From positions 2,221,904-2,285,903 of the forward strand of contig CAWEHW010000004.1 of NCBI GenBank assembly GCA_963809045.1: a stretch of DNA of 64,000 nt. Direction: 5' to 3'. A program made the position numbers and the translations under genes. Source of the stretch: an uncultured Chloroflexia bacterium. Its GTDB lineage: Bacteria; Chloroflexota; Limnocylindria; Limnocylindrales; CSP1-4. Below, piece after piece: positions 27,479 to 35,013 of the stretch. The stretch's first letter is position 1; the number at the start of each line of letters is the position of its first letter. The notes beneath the pieces were generated by a model, which saw nothing but the letters and a program-made list of their open reading frames with translations, did no database searches and was not told the origin of the DNA.

Positions 27479-27682
27479 GCCAACTCCCCAGTGATCGGGT
27501 GAGGGTCCACCCACGCCAGACCGTAGCCCAAACGGCGTGGGTCGGCAGGCGTCCGACGACACGGAAGCAAGCTGCCATGCGGTCGTAACGTCCGACCGCT
27601 TGCCACCAGATGCTCTGTGCGTGCCGGCGCTGAATGATGTCGCGAGCCGTGATCGGGGCCATGGTCACGAGGGAACGACGAA

Positions 27683-29302
27683 ATGACACTCAACCGCCCA
27701 ACACGAAGCCGACCTAGCCTGTCCGGGCCACTCCGCATCGGCCTGCTGTCGCCGCCCATGCTCCCCGTGCCGCCGCTGAAGTACGCGGGAACTGAGCGGA
27801 TTGTCGCTGCGCTCGCGACGGGCCTCCACGAGCGTGGCCACGCGGTGACGCTCTTTGCACCGGGCGATTCAAAGGCTCCGGTGGAGCTGGTTCCGACGGT
27901 TCCGCGCAGCCTGTGGTCCACGGGCTACCGCGGCGACATCTCGTCCTACATGAACGTGACGCTGGCCAAGGCCTGGGCCCAGCACGATCGATTCGATGTC
28001 ATCCATTCGCACATCGAGGCGCTCGGGTTCCTCTTTGCCCGGCTCTGCCCTACCCCGGTCGTGTCGACCCTGCACGGGCGCCTTGACACGTCGGGCGTCC
28101 CGGACCTCATCGACGAGTTCTCGGACATCCCGCTGGTGGCCATCAGCGCGAGTCAGCGTCGGTGGTCTCCCAACGCCAACTGGGTCGGAACCATCCACCA
28201 CGGGCTCCCGCTGGCAGGAGCGCCGTTCGAGGCCGCGCCCGGCACGTACCTGGCCTTCATAGGCCGGATCGCGCCGGAGAAGGGCATCGGCGATGCCATC
28301 GCGCTTGCGCGGGCGACCGGCCTGCCACTGCGGATCGGGGCGAAGGTGTACGACCGCGGCGAACGAGAGCTGTTCGACTCGGTCGTCGCTCCGGCCATCG
28401 CGGAGGGCAGCATCGAGTTCCTGGGCGAGGTCAACGCCGCGGAACGCGACGCCCTGCTCGCCGGCGCCGTGGCGACGGTGATGCTTGGCGCCTGGCCCGA
28501 GCCGTTCGGGCTGGTGGCCATCGAATTGATGGCGACCGGCACGCCCGTCATCGCCAGGCGGGCCGGCGCCCTGCCCGAGATCATCGAGCACCATCGCACG
28601 GGCTTCCTCGTCGACGATCTGAGCGAAGCCATCCTGGCGGTCGCTCGTGCCGGGTCGCTCGATCGCGCCGCGATTCGCGAGACGGCGCTGACCCGGTTCT
28701 CCGTCGATCGGATGGTTGACGAGTACGAGGGTGTGTACCAGCGCTTGATCGAGCAGCCGAGCGGCGCCGCGTTCGTCGGGCGCGGCCGATGGGGTATTCA
28801 CGATCGAGCCTCGACGTGTCCGACCGGCGGTGCCGTCGTCTGCGATCGTCGAGGAGGCGCCCGTGGTGGCGGCAATCGCCGGCGGCATCCGGCGGGTAGG
28901 CGCCCGCCGTCAGGCATGACCCTCGAGACGTATCGTCGGAAGCGACGGTTCAACGAGACACCGGAGCCGCCAGGCGACCGGGGACCTGGCCGATCCCACG
29001 CTGCGAGGACGAGCGGGCGGTACGTCGTCCAGCGCCATCGCGCACGGCGCCTCCACTACGACTTCCGCCTCGAGCTTGGTGGCGTCCTTGTCTCATGGGC
29101 GGTTCCGCGCGGTCCCACGCTCGATCCGGCGCAACGTCGCCTCGCGGTTCGCGTGGAGGACCACCCACTCGCGTACTTCGACTTCGAAGGGGTCATCCCT
29201 CGCGCCCAGTACGGTGCCGGTGACGTGATCGTTTGGGATTGGGGCCAGTGGACGGCCGATCCCGCACACGCGGAACGCTTCGCTCGCGATCGAGGCCGGT
29301 GA
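27683..29302 (+). CDS. family-4 glycosyltransferase ORF that reads in frame into a LigD-PE-like segment
   Basis: The first ~355 aa are GT4-like ([36 protein letters not shown]..., [26 protein letters not shown]). No stop follows. After ~50 Arg/Gly-rich codons comes the PE-like sequence starting at ATG 28916. The ORF ends at 29302. Confidence 0.6.
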   Translation: MTLNRPTRSRPSLSGPLRIGLLSPPMLPVPPLKYAGTERIVAALATGLHERGHAVTLFAPGDSKAPVELVPTVPRSLWSTGYRGDISSYMNVTLAKAWAQHDRFDVIHSHIEALGFLFARLCPTPVVSTLHGRLDTSGVPDLIDEFSDIPLVAISASQRRWSPNANWVGTIHHGLPLAGAPFEAAPGTYLAFIGRIAPEKGIGDAIALARATGLPLRIGAKVYDRGERELFDSVVAPAIAEGSIEFLGEVNAAERDALLAGAVATVMLGAWPEPFGLVAIELMATGTPVIARRAGALPEIIEHHRTGFLVDDLSEAILAVARAGSLDRAAIRETALTRFSVDRMVDEYEGVYQRLIEQPSGAAFVGRGRWGIHDRASTCPTGGAVVCDRRGGARGGGNRRRHPAGRRPPSGMTLETYRRKRRFNETPEPPGDRGPGRSHAARTSGRYVVQRHRARRLHYDFRLELGGVLVSWAVPRGPTLDPAQRRLAVRVEDHPLAYFDFEGVIPRAQYGAGDVIVWDWGQWTADPAHAERFARDRGR

Positions 29303-29516
29303 GCTCAAGCTCAGGCTCGACGGCGAGAAGCTTCGAGGAGCCTTTGTCCTGATCCGCACTGACCGTGACTACCGGGGCAAGGAGAAGTGGTTGGTCATCC
29401 ATCGGCGGGACGGGGATGCGGTGCCGGACTGGGATGCGGAGGACTACCCGGCGAGCGTCAAGTCCGGCCGCACCAACGAGGACGTCGCCCGGCGGCGGCG
29501 CGGTTCGCGCGCGTAG
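28916..29516 (+). pseudogene. LigD 3'-phosphoesterase (PE)-domain-like gene, frameshifted
   Basis: [18 protein letters not shown]...[37 protein letters not shown]...[16 protein letters not shown]...[11 protein letters not shown]. The motif then continues only after a +1 shift near 29271-29282: [30 protein letters not shown]...KWLVIHRRD...SVKSGRTNEDV, ending at TAG 29514-29516. Confidence 0.6.
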
Positions 29517-29617
29517 GCCTCAAATCGTTGCCATGTCCTTGGTATGGCCTGGATGCCTTCCATCACGTCCCCGGATATCGCCGGCGAGATGATGTGCTCA
29601 CGATCGGAGAAGCCACC

Positions 29618-30061
29618 ATGCTCGAACAAGGGCAAATCAACGCCGCGAACCGCAGGTTCCAGGCCGCGTCGTCGGAGCTTGGCGATCCTGCCTTGTCGGC
29701 CAACGCCACACTTCGAATGAGCTATCTCTGGGCGTGGGCGGTCGAGCTCGGCCATGAGCTCGATCTTGACGATCTCCACGAAGCGATCTGGTCATTCCAG
29801 ATCGAATACCAGGCGCAACGCGGCCGCCGATTGGGCGCGTCGGTCACACGACGTCCAGGGAGCCGAGGGATGACCGGACCAGTCGATGCGGCGACCGTCC
29901 CGCCGGCCAGATCCCTCAAGAAGAAGCGGTCGAAGGCCAAGACCAAGCGCAAGGCGGCACCCGTGGGCCGCTTCCCAATGGTTCCACGACCGGCGATCGC
30001 CGTGGCCGTTGCGCTCGTCGTTGGCGTAGGGATCGGGCGAGCACTCAGCCTGCGGGCATAG
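29618..30061 (+). CDS. hypothetical protein with Lys-rich segment and C-terminal TM helix
   Basis: ATG 29618 follows a GGAGA RBS. KKKRSKAKTKRKAAP is followed by AIAVAVALVVGVGIG. No family recognised. Confidence 0.4.
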   Translation: MLEQGQINAANRRFQAASSELGDPALSANATLRMSYLWAWAVELGHELDLDDLHEAIWSFQIEYQAQRGRRLGASVTRRPGSRGMTGPVDAATVPPARSLKKKRSKAKTKRKAAPVGRFPMVPRPAIAVAVALVVGVGIGRALSLRA

Positions 30062-30117
30062 TCCGCCATCGGGTTGACATCACCGAGTTCTCGGGCCCGG
30101 CGCGAGGCGTCGTCGTA

Positions 30118-30423
30118 GTGCGCCGCGAAGCGGTATTTACAGGGCGCGCATACTCAGCGTCCGACGCGCAGCATCCCGAGGCGAATGCCGTGTACGCATG
30201 GATCCGAGCGGTCGATCCGATGCAATCGGAGAATATCGAGCCTTGGCATCTGATCGCCACGACAAGCTCGAGCGGGCTCCGAATCGTGCATTGCGGCGAT
30301 ACGTTCCTGCCTGGTGACGCGATCGAGCAGCGCGAGTTTGCTGATCCGCCCGGTGCCCTCGCGATGTGCGATACCTGCGGAATGGTTGGAAGCCGGAGCC
30401 GTGGAGCGGCCGGAGTGCGCTAG
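30118..30423 (+). CDS. hypothetical protein (weak call)
   Basis: Only non-junk ORF in a lower-GC patch. Contains HCGD...CDTCG. Start uncertain (alternative MQSENIEPW). Confidence 0.25.
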   Translation: MRREAVFTGRAYSASDAQHPEANAVYAWIRAVDPMQSENIEPWHLIATTSSSGLRIVHCGDTFLPGDAIEQREFADPPGALAMCDTCGMVGSRSRGAAGVR

Positions 30424-30699
30424 CTCGATCCCGTTGATCGCTCGCCCGGCTTCGCCGGCGGCACCTCATCGGTGGTTACCCCAGCGGGTTCTTCGATCTC
30501 GTTGCCCGTTTTGCGCTGTTCGGCCGCGAGCGCAAAGATCTCGCGGCTCTTGTCGGCGATCGTCATCCGCAAGCTGATGGAAGCGGGGCGTTGAGATCTC
30601 TTGCTGCCGCTTCTCTCGCTCGAGGCGCTTGATCGCATCCAGGTCTTCGAGGAGCAGATCGGACACGTCCCGTAGCTGTTCCTCCTTGCGCTCAGCCAT
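30420..30699 (-). pseudogene. small charged coiled-coil protein gene split by a frameshift
   Basis: ORF A (30466..30699) reads MAERKEEQLRDVSDLLLEDLDAIKRLEREKRQQEISTPRFHQLADD and then Arg-rich junk. ORF B (30420..30638) carries the plausible continuation IADKSREIFALAAEQRKTGNEIEEPAGVTTDEVPPAKPGERSTGSS. The junction is near 30555-30567. Confidence 0.5.
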
Positions 30700-30742
30700 G
30701 CGGTCCTTCCTCTCTGGTTGCGGCGCAGTGCCGCGTTTCTGG

Positions 30743-31708
30743 TCAGGCGGCCTTCACGCGCGGCAATACCTCGCGGCGCATGGTCTCGATGAAGCGTTCC
30801 TGATCCGGGCCGATCTGGTGCAGGTAGACCCGCTCATAGCCCGCGTCGACGTATTTCTGAATCCCGTCGCGCACGCGATCGAGGTCAGGTCCACAGGCGA
30901 CACGTTCAGCGATCATGTCCTCCGTCACGATCTCGGCGAGCTGCTCGAAGTGGGCCGGATTGGGCAGCTCCTGGCCCGATTCGCCCGGGATGGCGGCGGT
31001 TGGCCAGAGCTCGCGGGCCAGCTTGCGTGCCTTCTTCTCGTCCGGTCCCCAACAGATGGTCATCTGGCCGTAATGGGGGCGTGATTTCGTCCGGCGGCCC
31101 TTGTCGAAGGCCTTGACGATCTCGGCCTCCGGACCCGTGCCGATGAACCCGTCCCCGAGCCGGCCCGCCAGCTCCGCCGCTCGGGGTCCGGACGCCGCGA
31201 TCATGATCGGGATCGGGTCCTCCGGCAGGGTGTAGAGGCGCGCGTTCTCGACGGTGTAGAACTCGCCCTCGTAGCTCGTGACCTCTCCGCGCCAGAGGTC
31301 GCGGATGACCTCGATCGACTCCTCGAGCATTCGAGCGCGGACGTCCCAGTCGGGCCACTTGTCGCCGAGGATGTGCTCGTTGAGGTTCTCGCCGGTGCCC
31401 ACGCCGAGGAAGAACCGGCCGGGCATCATGGCCGCGGTCGTGGCCGCGGCCTGGGCGATGATCGCGGGGTGAATCCGGATTGTGGGACACGTGACCCCAG
31501 TCCCGATCTGCATCGTCTTTGTCGCGTTGGCGATCCCGCCGAGCACCGACCAGACGAACGGGCTGTGACCCTGCTTGTCGATCCATGGATGGAAGTGATC
31601 GCTGATCAGGGCGAACTCGAAACCCGCCTCCTCGGCCAAGGCCGCGTGCCGGACCAGGTCCGATGGGGCGTGTTCTTCGCTCGAAAGCGCGTAACCGATC
31701 GACGTCAT
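30743..31708 (-). CDS. F420-dependent LLM-class oxidoreductase (G6PDH-family-like)
   Basis: MTSIGYALSSEEHAPSDLVRHAALAEEAGFEFALISDHFHPW...GHSPFVWSVLGGIA...RFFLGVGTGENLNEHI is the TIM-barrel luciferase-like pattern of the F420-dependent subgroup. Confidence 0.85.
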   Translation of the reverse strand: MTSIGYALSSEEHAPSDLVRHAALAEEAGFEFALISDHFHPWIDKQGHSPFVWSVLGGIANATKTMQIGTGVTCPTIRIHPAIIAQAAATTAAMMPGRFFLGVGTGENLNEHILGDKWPDWDVRARMLEESIEVIRDLWRGEVTSYEGEFYTVENARLYTLPEDPIPIMIAASGPRAAELAGRLGDGFIGTGPEAEIVKAFDKGRRTKSRPHYGQMTICWGPDEKKARKLARELWPTAAIPGESGQELPNPAHFEQLAEIVTEDMIAERVACGPDLDRVRDGIQKYVDAGYERVYLHQIGPDQERFIETMRREVLPRVKAA

Positions 31709-31869
31709 CGCTTGTTCGACGCCTTCGTCTCGCCCTTCTCCGCGCGCTGCTTGTTGACCGTGCGGGCCGCCCGCTCCTCGGCTTCGTCAGCTGAGACGCC
31801 TTCGTCCTTGTAGGAGTCCTTGATGTGCTCGTACTGGCGTTCGCGCTTGTCACTCCATGCCTTTGGCAT
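31705..31869 (-). CDS. small charged protein (54 aa), hypothetical, not in the ORF track
   Basis: Hand translation: MPKAWSDKRERQYEHIKDSYKDEGVSADEAEERAARTVNKQRAEKGETKASNKR-stop. A GGAGG RBS lies upstream. Its TGA overlaps the ATG of the LLM gene (ATGA). Confidence 0.55.
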   Translation of the reverse strand: MPKAWSDKRERQYEHIKDSYKDEGVSADEAEERAARTVNKQRAEKGETKASNKR

Positions 31870-32005
31870 CGCGGTGGACCTCCGTGCGTTGGACCCAATC
31901 GTCCGTCGCGCGCCGCTCCGCGGTCATGCCGATCCCCGGAGAACAGGTAAAGAGGACGTTGCGGACTGGCGTCGGCGGTGCGCGCGCCGATGGAGCTGGC
32001 CGAGG

Positions 32006-32296
32006 CTAGAACTCGGTCGTGATCCGGCCGGCCGTATAGGTGGCCCAACTGTCGGTCGACGTCGCCTCGTGCTCCTTGAAATCGGTGAACGTGCCCGACA
32101 GGAACCCCGCGAGCTCGTCCGCCGCGACATGGCGGCCGATGATCTTGCCAATCCCGTGCTCGACCGCGTAGGCGGCATACCACTCCGCCCAGTTCTCGTC
32201 GTACACGCCGTTTAGCTCGTTCGTCTCGAAGACGCCGTGCGCCGTTTCGGCCTTCGACAACAGGGCCGTGACGGCTTCGGTGCGATCAACTCCCAT
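32006..32296 (-). CDS. hypothetical protein (96 aa)
   Basis: Start at MGVDRTEAVTALL (ATG 32296). Coding-like, Trp/Tyr-rich core (NWAEWYAAYAVEHGIG). Family not recognised. Confidence 0.5.
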   Translation of the reverse strand: MGVDRTEAVTALLSKAETAHGVFETNELNGVYDENWAEWYAAYAVEHGIGKIIGRHVAADELAGFLSGTFTDFKEHEATSTDSWATYTAGRITTEF

Positions 32297-32515
32297 CAGG
32301 TCTGGATCTCCGGTTCGAGGCCAAATCGTAGGACGAGGCAAGGCATCGAGTCGAGCGGCGTCCGAGCGATCCGGGTCGCCGCCGACGTCCACACGCCCGA
32401 AAAGTTCCCGGAACCGAGCCCCTGGCCGTGTCGTCAGACCGGCAGAGCGACCCACGGGTCAACGTCAAGGACCCACCTTCCTGACGGGTCGCCAGAACAT
32501 CAGGAGAGCAAATTC

Positions 32516-33403
32516 GTGTTCCGTTTTGCCTCGCGTCTCGCGCGGCCCGCCGCGCTCCTCATGGTCGCGCTGATCGCGACCGCGTGCGTCAGCGCCGTGG
32601 GTGCCGCTCCCAGCGGATCCCCGTCCGACAAGCCCACCGACCCCGATCGAATCGTCTTTCGGGTCAGCTGGGATGGCGGCTTTGTCACGCCTGAGACGCT
32701 CCTCGGCCGTCTGCCGATGATCGTCGTCTACGCGGATGGCCGGGTCGTCACCCAGGGTCCACAGCTCCTCATCTACCCAGGCCCGCTCATGCCAAACCTG
32801 GTCGAGCACAAGCTCTCGCCTTCGGCGCTCGATCGGTTGATCGCGCTCGCCAGGGACAAGGATCTCCTCAAGACGATCCACTACGACTACCCGGGCATCG
32901 CCGATGCCGCCGATACCGTCCTCGAGCTCAACATCGATGGCAAGTCATATCGCGTCAGCGCCTACGCGCTGGCCGAGGCGTCCGACCTCGAGATCCCGAC
33001 CGGCGACGTGGCGCTCGATCCCGAGGCGGTCAAGGGTCGCGCAGCGCTCCGCGAGTTCATCGATGCGCTGACCAGCCTTCCCGAGTCGGACTTCGTGGAC
33101 GACGAGCATCCGCTCGACCTCACCGCGGTCCGGATCTACGCCGCCAAGGCGGTCATCGTCCCGGACAGCGAGCTCCCCGGCGAACAGCCGGCGGTCGCCT
33201 GGCCGCTCGAGGACCTGGCCACGGCCGGTGAGGCGGTGGAGAACTCGCCGATCGACGTTCGATGCCAGGTGATCGAGGGCGACGACCTCGAGACGGTTCT
33301 GCCGCTCCTCGAGGCCGCGAACAGCCTGCAGACGTTCGAGTCGGAAGGTGAGCTGTACAGCTTCACGGTCCGTCCGCTCCTCCCGGGCGAGACCGCCTGC
33401 TAG
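32516..33403 (+). CDS. lipoprotein, hypothetical
   Basis: GTG 32516 follows an AGGAGA RBS. Signal peptide plus lipobox (AALLMVALIATAC). 295 aa. Followed by a strong terminator hairpin. Confidence 0.6.
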   Translation: MFRFASRLARPAALLMVALIATACVSAVGAAPSGSPSDKPTDPDRIVFRVSWDGGFVTPETLLGRLPMIVVYADGRVVTQGPQLLIYPGPLMPNLVEHKLSPSALDRLIALARDKDLLKTIHYDYPGIADAADTVLELNIDGKSYRVSAYALAEASDLEIPTGDVALDPEAVKGRAALREFIDALTSLPESDFVDDEHPLDLTAVRIYAAKAVIVPDSELPGEQPAVAWPLEDLATAGEAVENSPIDVRCQVIEGDDLETVLPLLEAANSLQTFESEGELYSFTVRPLLPGETAC

Positions 33404-33420
33404 CACTCGCCTCCGCGTAT

Positions 33421-33456
33421 GGAAGCGCCCGTCCTCGCCCGAGGGCGGGCGCTTCC
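33421..33456 (+). terminator. rho-independent-type terminator hairpin
   Basis: GGAAGCGCCCG (33421-33431) pairs perfectly with CGGGCGCTTCC (33446-33456). The inner CCTCG/CGAGG extends the stem. A T-containing tail (TTGTG) follows. Lies 18 nt after the stop at 33403. Confidence 0.6.
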
Positions 33457-33473
33457 TTGTGCCCGGGAATTCA

Positions 33474-34079
33474 ATGCCGCATCCTCGCTGGATGTTGCGC
33501 TGGGGCGAATTTGCGGCCGAGCGACCCGATCTGGCCGCCAAGGGTCGAATCATGTTCTACGAGGCCGGCGCGATCGGGCTCGGCTTCCTGGCGACGGTTC
33601 GGAAGGACGGCGGACCGCGTGTCCACCCGATCTGCCCGTTGCTGACCGAGGAAGGCCTGTACGCCTTCATCGTGTCGGGTCCCAAGCTCGACGACCTGCA
33701 TCGCGACCCGCGCTACGCGCTGCATAGCGAAACGTTCCCGCCGCCGCACCACGACGACGCGTTCTACCTGACCGGGACAGCGGCTTTGATCCCGGATGCC
33801 GTGCTTCGAGAAGCGCTCGCCCAGCAATTCATGGCGGAACGCGATTTCGCCTTCACGCGCGAATCGATAGAACCGTGGGAGTTGTTCGAGTTCCGACTGG
33901 ATCGCTGCCTGCTGACGCTGACCGAGCCCGAAGGCGCCTTCCCCGCTGGACACACGACGTGGCGCGCCCAAGGCATCCTCGAATTGCCGCCGTCCCTCAC
34001 GTTGGCCGATCTCGACGACATGCGCCGGCATCGCTTCGAGGAAGCCCCATCCGACAAAGCCGAAGAGGCCAACGGGTGA
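33474..34079 (+). CDS. pyridoxamine 5'-phosphate oxidase-like (FMN/F420-binding split barrel) family protein
   Basis: Start at MPHPRWMLRW. LATVRKDGGPRVHPICPLLTEEGLYAFIV...DLHRDPRYALH is the PPOX-like pattern. Confidence 0.65.
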   Translation: MPHPRWMLRWGEFAAERPDLAAKGRIMFYEAGAIGLGFLATVRKDGGPRVHPICPLLTEEGLYAFIVSGPKLDDLHRDPRYALHSETFPPPHHDDAFYLTGTAALIPDAVLREALAQQFMAERDFAFTRESIEPWELFEFRLDRCLLTLTEPEGAFPAGHTTWRAQGILELPPSLTLADLDDMRRHRFEEAPSDKAEEANG

Positions 34080-34960
34080 GCGAACACCGCTTCGGGATCT
34101 CGGTCGTGCCGGTCGCGGACGCCCACGTCTCGATCGTGCAGCAGGTGCTGGCCGCCGAACGCGGCGGGCTCGACCTCGTGGGGATCCAGGACCATCCATA
34201 CCAGCGCCGGTTCCTCGACACGTTCGCGCTCATCGCCGACCTGCTCGCCCGGACCACGCGGATCCGGGTCTTTCCCGACGTCGCGAACCTGCCCCTGCGC
34301 GGGCCGACGATGATCGCCAAGGCGGCGGTGTCGCTCGACGTGATGAGCGGCGGGCGGTTCGAGCTCGGGCTGGGCGCCGGCGGCTTCTGGGACGCGGTGG
34401 CCGGGATGGGCGGGCCACGCCGGACGGGCCGGGAGGCGGCACAGGCGCTCGAGGAAGCGGTGCCGATCATCCGCGACGCGCTCGACGTCGGGCCTGAGCG
34501 GAGGGTCGTGCGCTCTGAAGGGTCGTTCTACCCCGTCCCCGGCTATCCACCCGGTCCCGCACCCGTGCACCGGGTCGAGGTCTGGATCGGCGCCTACCAG
34601 CCGCGTGGACTGCGGCTGATCGGCCGAGCGGCGGACGGCTGGGTACCGTCGATGGGCCGGATCAGCCTCGATCAACTCCGCGACTCCTCCAGGATCATCG
34701 ACGAGGCGGCAGCCGAGGCCGGCCGCGATCCAGCCGCCATTCGTCGGATCTACAACATCGGCGGCCTGATCACCGATGGCACCGGCGAGGGCGTCATCGT
34801 CGGCCCGGCGCAGCTGTGGATCGACACGCTCGTGGCCTGGGACGCCGACCCGGGCATCGATACGTTCATCTTCTGGCCCACGGCCGACGAGCTCGGGCAG
34901 GTCGAGCGGTTCGCCGCAGAAGTGGTCCCGGCCGTTCGCGAGGCGCTCGCGCGGGGCTGA
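34076..34960 (+). CDS. LLM-class flavin/F420-dependent oxidoreductase
   Basis: GTG 34076 overlaps the upstream stop. FGISVVP..., GLDLVGIQDHPY..., SLDVMSGGRFELGLGAGGFWDAV..., VWIGAYQPRGLRLIGRAADGWVPS. Confidence 0.8.
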   Translation: MSEHRFGISVVPVADAHVSIVQQVLAAERGGLDLVGIQDHPYQRRFLDTFALIADLLARTTRIRVFPDVANLPLRGPTMIAKAAVSLDVMSGGRFELGLGAGGFWDAVAGMGGPRRTGREAAQALEEAVPIIRDALDVGPERRVVRSEGSFYPVPGYPPGPAPVHRVEVWIGAYQPRGLRLIGRAADGWVPSMGRISLDQLRDSSRIIDEAAAEAGRDPAAIRRIYNIGGLITDGTGEGVIVGPAQLWIDTLVAWDADPGIDTFIFWPTADELGQVERFAAEVVPAVREALARG

Positions 34961-35013
34961 CTCGCGGCGAGCCCTCGAATGGACACGGCTTCCCAGCCTC
35001 GAGCGGACACCTT

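Noticed and set aside
27509-27540. Hairpin CCCACGCC...GGCGTGGG in the 200-nt divergent intergenic region (27479-27682), as a possible riboswitch or sRNA.
   Set aside because: It is only an 8-bp stem with a 16-nt loop. There is no recognisable riboswitch core, and no conservation information is available.
27683-29302. GT4-LigD-PE as a genuine bifunctional fusion protein.
   Set aside because: The ~50-codon connector ([48 protein letters not shown]) looks like non-coding GC-rich DNA read in frame. The PE part has its own ATG and is itself frameshifted. A lost stop or an indel is more likely.
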